A model generated the notes under the pieces. That model was not told where the DNA came from and did not search any database. It saw nothing but the letters and a program-made list of their open reading frames with translations. 64,000 bases of DNA from a virus: positions 1 through 64,000 of IMG/VR virus record IMGVR_UViG_3300028384_000675; one strand, given 5' to 3'. Positions 1 through 9,050 of this stretch are shown in pieces. A program made the position numbers and the translations under genes. Positions within the stretch are counted from its first letter, which is position 1. Each line of letters begins with the position of its first letter.

Positions 1-704
1 GTAACCTCCGTTCCAGTTTTGTTTTGACGTCGACCAAGAATCCAGATGTTATCAGCAGAGTAATAGATACCCGTGCCGCCCGAGACGATATCTTTCGGGA
101 ACAAACCAATTTCTTTGTACGTGTGATTAATTGCAATCAATGGGATGCTCTTCATTGTCAGGTATGGCGTAGTCATACGGAACAGACCTTTCAGTGCTTT
201 GGCACGTGACATATCAGCAACTGACTTCTCATTGATCGCATCTTCAAGTTCTTTCTTTGATGCTAGGTTGCCCACCGAGTCAATCACAATGATTACCTTG
301 TCGTTTTTGTCAAGGTTTTCAAGTTGACCGATCAGATCAAACTTCAGTTCTTCGACATTCATGACAGGTGTGTGTAGTACGCGATCCGTGTCAATACCGA
401 AGTTGGTGAAGTATGACTGGGGTGAACCGAACTCAGAGTCATAGAACAGCATGACTGCTTCGGGGTTAGCATCCAGGAATGCCCCTGCCATCTTCAACGC
501 GAATGATGTTTTAAAATGCTTAGATGGACCGGCAAGAACGGTGAGTCCGCTCGTGAGTCCACCGTCAACGCGACCAGACAGCGCAACGTTGAGCATCGGT
601 ACATCGATCGTGGTGATTTCTTTTTCATTAAAAAACTCTGACTGACTGAGCACCGAAGTGCCCGAGACTTTTGAGTTCTTCTTAAGTTTTGCCATTATAG
701 ACAT
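1..704 (-). CDS. uvsX: RecA-like recombinase UvsX (3' end runs off window)
   Basis: Not in the ORF track. Manual translation from ATG 704: MSIMAKLKKNSK...PMLNVALSGRVDGGLTSGLTVLAGPSKHFKT (Walker A) ... IGLFPKDIVSGGTGIYYSADNIWILGRRQ. SD GGAG upstream. Confidence 0.95.
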   Translation of the reverse strand, partial: MSIMAKLKKNSKVSGTSVLSQSEFFNEKEITTIDVPMLNVALSGRVDGGLTSGLTVLAGPSKHFKTSFALKMAGAFLDANPEAVMLFYDSEFGSPQSYFTNFGIDTDRVLHTPVMNVEELKFDLIGQLENLDKNDKVIIVIDSVGNLASKKELEDAINEKSVADMSRAKALKGLFRMTTPYLTMKSIPLIAINHTYKEIGLFPKDIVSGGTGIYYSADNIWILGRRQNKTGTEV

Positions 705-712
705 AGTTTCTC

Positions 713-1636
713 CTAACCATTCCGGTAAATATATTCAAGAGCGGAATCCGCTTCAAGTTCCAATGGTCTATTATCATACCAATTTCCATTGTCTTTGTCA
801 AATTCAGAGCACAGTTTCGCTATTTCTTTCGCCGTTATAGGGTACTCGCGCTTCACAGCATTGCCTGCGATAGCGACCATGATCTGAAACATTTTATGAT
901 ACCAACCTGTGCTGGTAATCGTTTGGTATTCCATGGCAAGTTTCTTGGGGAAAAACGGGCAGTCAGTATAACTTGTCCACGTAATACTTGTATTATTGAG
1001 CGATTGTTTGCGATGCTCGATGACCGCTCGTTGCATCTCTTCAGGCAGACGTTCCAAGAAAGACTTACCTTCACGCTCTTTATATGGATGCTTTACAACC
1101 AGATAATCAATATCGACAGGATCACCTGCATTATGGAAAATAAAATTGTGAGCGCCATCGTATTTTGCAGGGACATAGTACATCCTGCTAAGGTCTTTAG
1201 TTTGTTTGTCTCCAATCGAATCGAGCTCGGTATTAAGTGCGTACCAGAACTTGGAGATTTGATCTTTATGTACAACCTCCATAAGGTTGAATACAAGTCT
1301 GAACTTCGGTCGATCCACGGTAGAAGACGCAGTACTATAGCAAACGAAATCCCAATGACCAAAACGCTCAGTAAGAATTTCCACGAGTTTATCTGCTGGT
1401 ATATCAATGTCATCGACATCAACTGCAGCCCACTTTCCCCACATATTGACATTTTTGTTACTCCTTGTTGTTCCTTCTTCATAGGTTGCTGGACTAATCA
1501 ATGGCGCGGTTGCCTTAGTTTCTGGTTTCTCAGATAACTTGTACAGCAAAGACACGAACTCATCCCAGGATTCAAAGTTCATGCTCTTATGCGTTTTGTT
1601 ATCGTACCGATTCTTAAAGATAGTCAGCGAGTACAT
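713..1636 (-). CDS. Putative archaeo-eukaryotic primase (prim-pol-like) protein
   Basis: AVDVDD (DxD), YSTASS...PKFRLVF and DLSRMYYVP resemble AEP/prim-pol motifs. Start placed at 1636 (MYSLTIF), TAATG-coupled to the gp43 stop. Confidence 0.65.
   Translation of the reverse strand: MYSLTIFKNRYDNKTHKSMNFESWDEFVSLLYKLSEKPETKATAPLISPATYEEGTTRSNKNVNMWGKWAAVDVDDIDIPADKLVEILTERFGHWDFVCYSTASSTVDRPKFRLVFNLMEVVHKDQISKFWYALNTELDSIGDKQTKDLSRMYYVPAKYDGAHNFIFHNAGDPVDIDYLVVKHPYKEREGKSFLERLPEEMQRAVIEHRKQSLNNTSITWTSYTDCPFFPKKLAMEYQTITSTGWYHKMFQIMVAIAGNAVKREYPITAKEIAKLCSEFDKDNGNWYDNRPLELEADSALEYIYRNG
773..801 (-). promoter_or_regulatory. sigma70-type promoter for uvsX
   Basis: TTGACA-N17-TATGAT on the minus strand, about 70 nt upstream of the uvsX start. 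Confidence 0.7.
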
Positions 1637-4068
1637 TATATAAAAAAATCTTCCAATGTTGCACGTGGTTCTGACGCCCACCCAACTGCATCAAGTATGG
1701 GTTCGAGCGGATCTAAAAATGTCTTAGTAAACATTGTATCATAATCAACCGAAGAAGTCAAGCCAAATTCTGGGGGCAGTACTGTGGGGAAAGCAATGAC
1801 GTTTTCTCTGATGCGGTTGGGTTTCTTAAGATAGATGAACTTGACTTTCTCTCCATCTTGTATGCGTTCATACTTCTGCTCTAGGTCAAGGTTTTGTAAC
1901 TGTCGATTGTATAGTAGAGATCCACGCGCATGTATAGGAGTTGCCTTCTTGTAGATCTCTTCTCGATCAGAGAACTTGGTAAGTTCAGACACGCCACGCG
2001 GGAACGCGATCGCCTCGGCGGGAAGTTGTTTAAACTCTGCCTTGAAGTTGCGAATAAACTCCTGCGTTTCTTCCTCAGTGCCGTTCACGATTACCTTGAA
2101 AATTTCCTGAAACTTATCGCGTACTACTTGCGGCGTGCTAGACTTGACTGCCTCAATACCCATCATCTTTAACTTAGGAGTGGCATACTGTACTCCCTCG
2201 TTATTATGCACGTTCAGAATATATCGCTTCTTAGCAACCCAGATACCACGGTCAGCGATCGCCTCGCGCTTCATGATCATGCGATTCTCATACGAGTTAG
2301 TCATGGTTGCTAGTTTATCGTATCCTTCCTCCAACTTCTTCTCGAAATGCTGTTCGCAGATTTTATCCAGGAACTTTACAGGGTTGGGCGGATCAAACTT
2401 ATCGACCAGTGGCGCCATGTTGATGTATACTGAATCGGTATCGATGGCGAGCACATAGTCCTCGTCAGTAGTCCCTAGCAGTTTATTCATCTCATGGTTT
2501 ACGACTGCCTCGGCACACTTAATAGCGCGCTGACCAGACTTGGTGACGCCCTCAGCGATACGGTGATCAAAGTAGCGGAACCACTTATTAGCGAGCGCGC
2601 CATAGAGCGAGTTCATTAGAATCTTGATACCCATTTGCTGGTTGTCAAGGTTAGCGATCTGGTTCTCCAGTTTACGCGACGGTGACTGCTCATACTCCTG
2701 CTTCTTAGCAAGCATCTGATTCTTGATGTTGACACGATTGTCATAGAACTTTCGAATAACTCGAGGGATGATACCCTCTTTATCGGTACGGTAGTTCACA
2801 CCGTTGGCAGTCTTGGTGCCCTCAGGAGCAATCGTTTCGGGTGACATATTATACTGTACAATGATGTTAGGGTACAGCGAGTTCAAGTCAAACGAAACAA
2901 CCCACTCGTGACCGCCGACGAACGGTTCTTTCACATACCCGCCGACGATCTTACCGGCATCGTGATCAACAGAAGGTTTGAGTGGGATGACAATATTATC
3001 TGGGAGCAGTTCGTTGTAGATCACAGTGTCCCAGATGTTTGTGGTGCCCAGCGCGTCAGACAGATTAGTCTTGGCAGAATATGCCATGGTTAGCACCAGA
3101 GAAATAATGCCAATCTTTTCGTCGAGGCGATCCACCAGTTCAACGTCTTTGATGTTATAGTCAATGAACTTCTGGAAGTCATGCTTATACAGAGAGTGAA
3201 GCGAACCATACTCGTCATAGGATAACTTTCGCTCGCCGAGGATAACGTGAGCGATGTGATCCAGTTTATATGACTCTTGCCGTCCAAAGGTATTCAGGGT
3301 GAACTTCTTAAACAGATCAAGGTAATCGAGTTGCGACACGCCTTCAATCTCATAAACAGTCTGTTTTCTGCCACCCAGCGTTGGGATGTCACGCGCGCGT
3401 ATGCCGCGCCACGGTGAGAACTTTTTGGTGGTCTCATCGTTCATAATGTTTTTAATACGATTGACCAGATAGGGGATATCGAACAGACGCGAGTTCCAAC
3501 CTGTCAAGACGTCAGGGCAGTTACGCTCCCACCAATCCAAGAAGTTAAACAACAGTGCTTCCTCACTGTTCGCGTGATAATACTTGACGTTCTTGTCAGA
3601 TAGGGAGGTGTCGTAGTCATACAGACCCCAGACATAATAAGTGTCAGACTGATTGTTCTTGATAGTAATGGCGATGACAGGGTGTGCCGCCTCGTCAGGT
3701 TCAGGGAACCCAGCATCAGATGCCACCTCAATATCGATCGTAGCAATATTCATCTGATCTTGATCAAACTTGACATCATGCGGGAATCGGTTAGAGATAA
3801 ACTGAGAAACGTAATTGGTCTGCCCGTGGACGCCAAACCCTTCGACGTGCTTGTACCTTTCGAGGAACTCTGTCGCCTCGCGCATGGAACCAAGTTGCAC
3901 AGGTTCAACAGGGACGCCATGAAGTGTCTGGTATTTTCCGGTGGAGTTTTTAGATTCTACAAAGAGAACTGGTTGAAAGGGGATTCGCTCTTCGATACGT
4001 TTGCCGTTTTCGAATCCACGGTAGAGGATGTTGTTGCCGAGTCGTGATACATTCGTATAAAATTTCAT
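1636..4068 (-). CDS. gp43: Family B DNA polymerase (gp43)
   Basis: Exo[43 protein letters not shown] and a C-terminal clamp-binding LEDFF. Confidence 0.98.
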   Translation of the reverse strand: MKFYTNVSRLGNNILYRGFENGKRIEERIPFQPVLFVESKNSTGKYQTLHGVPVEPVQLGSMREATEFLERYKHVEGFGVHGQTNYVSQFISNRFPHDVKFDQDQMNIATIDIEVASDAGFPEPDEAAHPVIAITIKNNQSDTYYVWGLYDYDTSLSDKNVKYYHANSEEALLFNFLDWWERNCPDVLTGWNSRLFDIPYLVNRIKNIMNDETTKKFSPWRGIRARDIPTLGGRKQTVYEIEGVSQLDYLDLFKKFTLNTFGRQESYKLDHIAHVILGERKLSYDEYGSLHSLYKHDFQKFIDYNIKDVELVDRLDEKIGIISLVLTMAYSAKTNLSDALGTTNIWDTVIYNELLPDNIVIPLKPSVDHDAGKIVGGYVKEPFVGGHEWVVSFDLNSLYPNIIVQYNMSPETIAPEGTKTANGVNYRTDKEGIIPRVIRKFYDNRVNIKNQMLAKKQEYEQSPSRKLENQIANLDNQQMGIKILMNSLYGALANKWFRYFDHRIAEGVTKSGQRAIKCAEAVVNHEMNKLLGTTDEDYVLAIDTDSVYINMAPLVDKFDPPNPVKFLDKICEQHFEKKLEEGYDKLATMTNSYENRMIMKREAIADRGIWVAKKRYILNVHNNEGVQYATPKLKMMGIEAVKSSTPQVVRDKFQEIFKVIVNGTEEETQEFIRNFKAEFKQLPAEAIAFPRGVSELTKFSDREEIYKKATPIHARGSLLYNRQLQNLDLEQKYERIQDGEKVKFIYLKKPNRIRENVIAFPTVLPPEFGLTSSVDYDTMFTKTFLDPLEPILDAVGWASEPRATLEDFFI

Positions 4069-4074
4069 TCAACT

Positions 4075-4103
4075 ATCATATAAAAAAAGGAAGGGAAAAG
4101 CAA
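4075..4103 (-). promoter_or_regulatory. sigma70-type promoter for gp43 (probably leaderless transcript)
   Basis: TTGCTT-N17-TATGAT, with only 6 nt before the gp43 ATG and no SD. Confidence 0.65.
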
Positions 4104-4106
4104 GTT

Positions 4107-4130
4107 GGGGGGAGTTAGCGACAACCCCCC
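4107..4130 (-). terminator. GC hairpin, probable terminator after the hsp20 unit
   Basis: gggggg-N12-cccccc stem followed on the minus strand by a pyrimidine/T-rich tract. Confidence 0.45.
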
Positions 4131-4139
4131 ATGTCGTTA

Positions 4140-4277
4140 TTAGAGCGCAGTAGCAAAGACTGTAACAATCGGCAATGCAAACGATAATACGGTGAATAGC
4201 ATTGGTTTGATGACTGCTTCAGAATAGCGACCGCGTTCTTCCCTACTCACGTAGAGAATATCTCTTTCGCGGTGCAT
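4140..4277 (-). CDS. Small (45 aa) putative membrane protein
   Basis: Manual ORF MHRERDILYVSREERGRYSEAVIKPMLFTVLSFALPIVTVFATAL. SD AGGAG 5 nt upstream, hydrophobic C-terminus, tandem TAA TAA. Confidence 0.65.
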   Translation of the reverse strand: MHRERDILYVSREERGRYSEAVIKPMLFTVLSFALPIVTVFATAL

Positions 4278-4285
4278 GTTTACTC

Positions 4286-4720
4286 CTAGGTTTTTTCTGA
4301 TTTGCCAATGGAAATTTTACGGGGACGCTTCTCTTCTGGCAGGACTACTTTCAAATCAATGACGAGTAATCCATTTTCGAAGTCTGCTCCATCAACAACA
4401 ACGTGCTCTGATAACCTAAATGTTCTCGTAAACTTTTTGGATGAAATCCCTTTGTGAATATACTCGCGTTCGGGTGTCCCTCCAAAAGACCCCTTAACAA
4501 CGAGAATACCCTCTTGAACCTCAACGTCGATCTCATCTTTGTCATATCCTGCCAAAGCGAGTTCGATTGAGTAGGTACTATCATCGTGCTTGACTACATT
4601 GTGCGGAGGATAGAGTTTAGTGTTTTCAGACGAAACTGCTGATAAACGCTCTATCTCGCGCCAAATATGATCAAAACCAATAAAGTGTGACTGCGGAAAA
4701 CTAAATGCTTTAGATACCAT
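4286..4720 (-). CDS. hsp20: Small heat shock protein (Hsp20/IbpA-like)
   Basis: FIGFD, YPPHNVVK, IELALAG, YIHKGIS, FTRTFRL, A.FENGLLVI.L, PEEKRPRKISI. Confidence 0.96.
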   Translation of the reverse strand: MVSKAFSFPQSHFIGFDHIWREIERLSAVSSENTKLYPPHNVVKHDDSTYSIELALAGYDKDEIDVEVQEGILVVKGSFGGTPEREYIHKGISSKKFTRTFRLSEHVVVDGADFENGLLVIDLKVVLPEEKRPRKISIGKSEKT

Positions 4721-4783
4721 AACGGTTCCTCCTTAAATTAAGCAAGGTTTGTTGTGTAAACGACCGGACAATCCGCGCCGTCA
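4721..4783 (-). promoter_or_regulatory. ROSE-like RNA thermometer in hsp20 5' UTR
   Basis: CCUUGCUUAAUUUAAGGAGG: UUGCU pairs with the SD leaving a bulged G. A 5' hairpin GACGGCGCGGAUUGUCCGGUCGUU precedes it. Confidence 0.7.
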
Positions 4784-4788
4784 ATATT

Positions 4789-4796
4789 TATTTATA
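4789..4796 (-). promoter_or_regulatory. T4-type late (gp55) promoter for hsp20
   Basis: TATAAATA on the minus strand. Confidence 0.75.
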
Positions 4797-4827
4797 CATG
4801 CATAACTTTCAGTTATGCCGGAACGTG

Positions 4828-4859
4828 AAAAATTACCCAACCCGAAGACTAGGTAATTT
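4828..4859 (-). terminator. Rho-independent terminator
   Basis: AAAUUACCUAGUC-UUCG-GGUUGGGUAAUUUUU, just after the 106-aa gene. Confidence 0.65.
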
Positions 4860-4871
4860 CTGACGATACAA

Positions 4872-5192
4872 TCATTCAGAAACAGGTGGCATTTCTTCAG
4901 AAACGCGCGGAAGTTCTTGTGGGGCAGGTTCAGGTTCTGGTGCCACCACTGGTTCCAATGCGCGTTTCTGTGCTTCCTCTTTCTTCCTATAGTATTCAAT
5001 CAATGTCGAAACTGATGCTAGCAGTTCCTTCGCTTCATTGTACTTACGAACTTCAACATCTACAGATTCAATCAGATCAGAATGTTCGCCAATACCCATA
5101 GGGTTCTCAATGTACGTTCTGATGTTAGTGTTAGCAGCAAGCATCTCTGCCCGATACTTCATTTGTAGTGTTTGTAAAAAATCAGTTCTCAT
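4872..5192 (-). CDS. Hypothetical protein (marine T4-like conserved type, NPMGIGEHSD)
   Basis: 106-aa ORF, co-oriented, Pro/Glu-rich tail. Confidence 0.75.
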   Translation of the reverse strand: MRTDFLQTLQMKYRAEMLAANTNIRTYIENPMGIGEHSDLIESVDVEVRKYNEAKELLASVSTLIEYYRKKEEAQKRALEPVVAPEPEPAPQELPRVSEEMPPVSE

Positions 5193-5212
5193 AAAATTTT
5201 CATCCTAAACAA

Positions 5213-5371
5213 TTATACCCAAATATCGATTCTCGATTTCCTAGCTGTCAAACCCTCTTCGCGTAAAAACATTTGATAATAACGATCAAATATCTTTGGT
5301 TGAAACCTGGGATGTGGACAGTTAGGGTATCGCCTTCGGAATTTTTTCATCAATTCGTCGGCGTTTCTCAT
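5213..5371 (-). CDS. Small (52 aa) basic hypothetical protein
   Basis: Manual ORF MRNADELMKKFRRRYPNCPHPRFQPKIFDRYYQMFLREEGLTARKSRIDIWV fills the gap after regA. AAGGG upstream. Confidence 0.55.
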   Translation of the reverse strand: MRNADELMKKFRRRYPNCPHPRFQPKIFDRYYQMFLREEGLTARKSRIDIWV

Positions 5372-5388
5372 TTTCCCTTAAGGTTTTG

Positions 5389-5796
5389 CTATTTACTGTT
5401 ACCTATGTTATACTTTGGACAGAGTTCCCACTCAGATTTTTCTTTAAATCCGATGATTTTGATTTGTCGAAGAGGAGCACAGTCCTTCGCAATTTCACTA
5501 TCAACAATCTGGATTAGTCCCCAGTCGGACAATAATGTAGCAATACTATTCCTTCGCTGTAGGTCAGAGAGTTCTAGGTTAGACTTCTTACCGTCAAGCA
5601 AAAATAATTCTTTGAAGTGGACGATAAAGTACCGCCCTTGTTTGTGTAGGATGTGACATGACTGAAAGAGTTTTTTCTCTTTACGTGATGCCACACCGAT
5701 ACGAGTTAATGTTTCACGAACCTTCAGAAAATCATCTGGTTCGTTGAGGGTTATCTCTAGCATATCTGCCGGAGACCAAATTTTAGTTTCTTCCAC
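5389..5796 (-). CDS. regA: Translational repressor RegA
   Basis: DDFLKVRETLTRIGVAS, LFQSCHILHKQGRYFIVHFKELF, WEL.PKY.IG. Confidence 0.97.
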   Translation of the reverse strand: MEETKIWSPADMLEITLNEPDDFLKVRETLTRIGVASRKEKKLFQSCHILHKQGRYFIVHFKELFLLDGKKSNLELSDLQRRNSIATLLSDWGLIQIVDSEIAKDCAPLRQIKIIGFKEKSEWELCPKYNIGNSK

Positions 5797-6160
5797 CTTT
5801 ATAGATCCTTGTTTTTATTGTATTCAACTGTTCTTTTGAAAGGAGGGACAAGGCATACTTTGCCTTTTCATTGCTGTAACCATAATATTCTTTTACCGCT
5901 TCCAAATCACTTTCAAGCTCAGGTTTGTTCCATTTAGAAAACCTTTTTCGCTTTCGTACAATATTTATTAAAAAGTCGAATTGGAGTTTGTTGTCCAACC
6001 CGTGATACTTATTTATAATATTTGCCGCTATCACAGTGTCTGGGAAGTAAGAAAGTGACCGATTTACCAAAAAAGAGTTATACGCTTTCGAGTCGAGATC
6101 GGTTTGCATCAGATCTTCTTTGGTAAAGTTAATCGCATTCACATAATCAAAGGGGTTCAT
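5783..6160 (-). CDS. gp62: Clamp loader small subunit (gp62)
   Basis: MNPFDYVNAIN, FLVNRSLSYF, LQFDFL...RKRKRFSKW, YYGYSNEKA. Adjacent to regA. Confidence 0.93.
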   Translation of the reverse strand: MNPFDYVNAINFTKEDLMQTDLDSKAYNSFLVNRSLSYFPDTVIAANIINKYHGLDNKLQFDFLINIVRKRKRFSKWNKPELESDLEAVKEYYGYSNEKAKYALSLLSKEQLNTIKTRIYKGGRN

Positions 6161-6966
6161 TTCATCACCATAATCTGGTTTTCATTCACTAAAGGAGAAA
6201 GTTCTTCTCTCCTCGGTTCTGTAGGGGCAGTTCTGATTGCTTTCACTGAGACTATCAGCAAAATGACTGCCAAGGGATCGAATACACTCACAATTAATAG
6301 TATAACTAATCTGACCGCTTGGTCAAAGTAATTTTCAGCATTTGCACCATAAATTAATTCCGAGATGTATTTAAGCGGTCCAACTTCAATCTCCAACGCC
6401 AACCTGTCGCGTTTAAGGTCGAATAGATCTGTTTGCCATGTTTCAATTGTCTGGTACGACTCATCGATCGTTTCGTTAAGAGTCTGCCTTTCTTCTTTCT
6501 GAGTCTCGCGCACAGCAATCGCACCGTCATCTCCTCGGATCCTGTCAAAATCGATGAGTGTTTGAACCGATGCGTCAAGTTGAGAGAGAACTGTCTCTGC
6601 GTCAGAAATAGTTCGGCGTTCATTTTCAATACGCCGTTCAATGTTTTGTATTTGTAATTCATTAATGCCTCCATCACTAACAGACTGTTCCATGTGCGCT
6701 TTCGAAAGATATCCAAAGATACCCATCGAAGTGATAAACATGAGAATAATCACAGCAAACGTCAAGTACATACGTGTAAACACCCCTGTACTCTTCCACT
6801 CTAGGTGCAACCATGTCGCTGCTACCAGTTTACCAATCTCCAGAACACTCGCCATAACCACAACTGATATGAACGCTCCGGAGAAAATACTTGCCAATCC
6901 AATGATTGAGAAGTATGCCGCAACAGCGGCGATACTAATTGCTGTGATCAGCGTCAGGTATTTCAT
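6157..6966 (-). CDS. Membrane protein with coiled-coil loop
   Basis: Three N-terminal hydrophobic segments (FSIIGL, LEIGKLV, ITSMGIFGYLSKAH), a coiled coil, then EVGPLKYI and VFDPLAV in a C-terminal TM. Confidence 0.8.
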   Translation of the reverse strand: MKYLTLITAISIAAVAAYFSIIGLASIFSGAFISVVVMASVLEIGKLVAATWLHLEWKSTGVFTRMYLTFAVIILMFITSMGIFGYLSKAHMEQSVSDGGINELQIQNIERRIENERRTISDAETVLSQLDASVQTLIDFDRIRGDDGAIAVRETQKEERQTLNETIDESYQTIETWQTDLFDLKRDRLALEIEVGPLKYISELIYGANAENYFDQAVRLVILLIVSVFDPLAVILLIVSVKAIRTAPTEPRREELSPLVNENQIMVMK

Positions 6967-7735
6967 CTGATCGGTTCTTACTGTTGGCGCGAATCATAGA
7001 CTCTAAAAAATCTGTATCTGTGTTCTGATTCGACATCTGCAACAATGCGTTTGTATCTTTTGGTAAACAGTGACCGCCATAACCAAACTTACCGTCCGGA
7101 CCAGGAACCTGAGAATGACTCGTCCCGATGCGAGGATCAATTCCAATCGCATCGACCATCACGTCAAAATCTTTGTATCCTAGGTCGTTGTAGATTTGAT
7201 ACATTTGATTCCAGAATGTCACCTTCATCGCAAGGAATGTATTCTCAACATACTTTGCGAATGCTGCCTGATCACGGGAGCAGAACTTTACATCTTCTAG
7301 GTGAGGCAGTAATGGTTTGAACATTTCATGCCAGAACCTCATAGCACCGCCGCCATATATAGCGAAGGTTTGGTTGGCAAACTCTTGCACAGGGTCGCGG
7401 TTAGCATTCGAACTTGCAAGAAACTCCGGAGATACCGTGATATCCAGATCGTCGTAGTCTTCAAGAAATGTAGGAATTACTGCGCTCTTAATAAGGTATT
7501 TGGTGTCACCATACTTTGCGAACACATCTGCAACATTAGATGTATCGCTTTCCCCGTTAGGTGATGCAGGAGTTGCAACGCAAACGATAACGCCATCAAC
7601 CGTATGCGCCTGATCTTCCGGAAACGTTGCGCCTTTATAGGGGTCGTCAATGTAGAGGTCTACACCTGCGTGCTGCCTCAGAACGTGCTCAATTGATTGC
7701 CCAACTGGACCATACCCTGCAATTATAATCTTCAT
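6935..7735 (-). CDS. UDP-glucose/GDP-mannose dehydrogenase family protein (no C-terminal domain)
   Basis: GYGPVG Rossmann motif, CVATP, IKS, SPEFL, KYVENTFLAMK, DPRIG and catalytic GYGGHCLPKD. Confidence 0.9.
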   Translation of the reverse strand: MKIIIAGYGPVGQSIEHVLRQHAGVDLYIDDPYKGATFPEDQAHTVDGVIVCVATPASPNGESDTSNVADVFAKYGDTKYLIKSAVIPTFLEDYDDLDITVSPEFLASSNANRDPVQEFANQTFAIYGGGAMRFWHEMFKPLLPHLEDVKFCSRDQAAFAKYVENTFLAMKVTFWNQMYQIYNDLGYKDFDVMVDAIGIDPRIGTSHSQVPGPDGKFGYGGHCLPKDTNALLQMSNQNTDTDFLESMIRANSKNRSDEIPDADHSN

Positions 7736-8043
7736 TCTTCATCCTCAATACTTTGATGGCGTATCTTATAAGTTTGTTTGCCTGTCGAAACCTTTACAAT
7801 GTTGGGAACAGGAATTATCTCATAATCCTCTTTGTATGCATATCCCTCACGTTCCAATACATCTACAATGAAAGCGGCACGCTGATCCACTGATAGCGGG
7901 TTATTCGCAGAACCGTCTGATTCAATTAACATGATCACTACTTGACCAACTTCTTCAAGCGCCGATTTAAATAACTGAGTGTGACGGTCGTGCCAAGGTT
8001 GGAAACGACCGAGCATCTGCGCGGTGCGTTTTTGCCAATCCAT
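7732..8043 (-). CDS. Cytidylyltransferase-like (HxGH) nucleotidyltransferase, possibly degenerate
   Basis: LGRFQPWHDRH, NPLS. Start placed at 8043 (TGATG overlap with the gp44 stop). Confidence 0.75.
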   Translation of the reverse strand: MDWQKRTAQMLGRFQPWHDRHTQLFKSALEEVGQVVIMLIESDGSANNPLSVDQRAAFIVDVLEREGYAYKEDYEIIPVPNIVKVSTGKQTYKIRHQSIEDEE

Positions 8044-8981
8044 CACTGAAATTCCACGTTCGCCATTATCTCTGTCATACATGCAACAATATTTAGTTCG
8101 TGATCTGCAACGAATGCGTTCTTATATTGATAGTCGGCAAGATACAAAACCAACTGTGGGATAGAAGAGGGTTCAACTTTTTCGTACATGCTGTCATAAA
8201 TGCTGCGGAAAATAACAGAAGAATCAACGTCCATGTTATCTGACACCCACTTGCGCATCTTCTTAAAGTCTTTGTTCTTTAAGTGCTCAAACAGATCGTC
8301 ATACTGATCGCTGGCGCTTTGAAGCATGGCGATGTTCAACTTACCACCGATGGATGAACGCTGTAGTTCGTTCAGGACACGCCGCCAATCAGGGGCATAA
8401 CGCATGATCAGATTGGCGATTTCATCTTTGCTCTCAACGACGATACCTTCTTGCTCAAGGACATACATCGTTCGGGTAAAGAACTCAGCGCATAACTTTT
8501 GCATATCTTTCTTTGAGGTATTGAACTCATAGATACTGCACCGTGAGTGTAGTGGTTCAATGACACGGTTCTTAAAGTTACATGTCATAATGAACCGGCA
8601 GTTATCAGAGAACTCCTCGATGAATCCACGAAGGGCAGGTTGCGTTGACTGCGCGTTTAGGTAGTCCGCCTCGTCTAGGATGACAACCTTCAGATCACCT
8701 TCGAGTGACACGGTGGACGCGAAGTGTTTGATCTTGGTACGGAGAGTGTCAATATTACCCTCCTCCGAACCATTGATAAGAATATAGTCAAGGTTCAATT
8801 GGTTACAGATTGCTCGGGCGACTGTAGTTTTACCGAGACCTGCGGTGCCGGTGAGAAGCATATTGGGGACTTGTTCGTTTTCAACAATCTCAGAAAACGT
8901 AGACTTGAGTGACTCAGGGAGAATACACTCGGAAACTGTGCGGGGGCGATACTTTTCAACCCACAGAAAATCGTTACTCAT
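8043..8981 (-). CDS. gp44: Clamp loader large subunit (gp44)
   Basis: LWVEKYRP, GTAGLGKTT, VILDEAD, PLHSRC. Confidence 0.97.
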   Translation of the reverse strand: MSNDFLWVEKYRPRTVSECILPESLKSTFSEIVENEQVPNMLLTGTAGLGKTTVARAICNQLNLDYILINGSEEGNIDTLRTKIKHFASTVSLEGDLKVVILDEADYLNAQSTQPALRGFIEEFSDNCRFIMTCNFKNRVIEPLHSRCSIYEFNTSKKDMQKLCAEFFTRTMYVLEQEGIVVESKDEIANLIMRYAPDWRRVLNELQRSSIGGKLNIAMLQSASDQYDDLFEHLKNKDFKKMRKWVSDNMDVDSSVIFRSIYDSMYEKVEPSSIPQLVLYLADYQYKNAFVADHELNIVACMTEIMANVEFQ

Positions 8982-9000
8982 TACAACTCCATAATATAAA

Positions 9001-9024
9001 ATAAAAGAGGGTCATAAGACCCTC
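9001..9024 (-). terminator. Probable terminator
   Basis: GAGGGTC-TTAT-GACCCTC followed by TTTTATTTT on the minus strand. Confidence 0.55.
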
Positions 9025-9050
9025 GCGATAAGGTCAATATTAACTGTACC

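Noticed and set aside
4095-4103. T4 MotA box (TTGCTT) at the gp43 promoter
   Set aside because: Spacing to the -10 is 17 nt, which fits a sigma70 -35 rather than the shorter MotA spacing.
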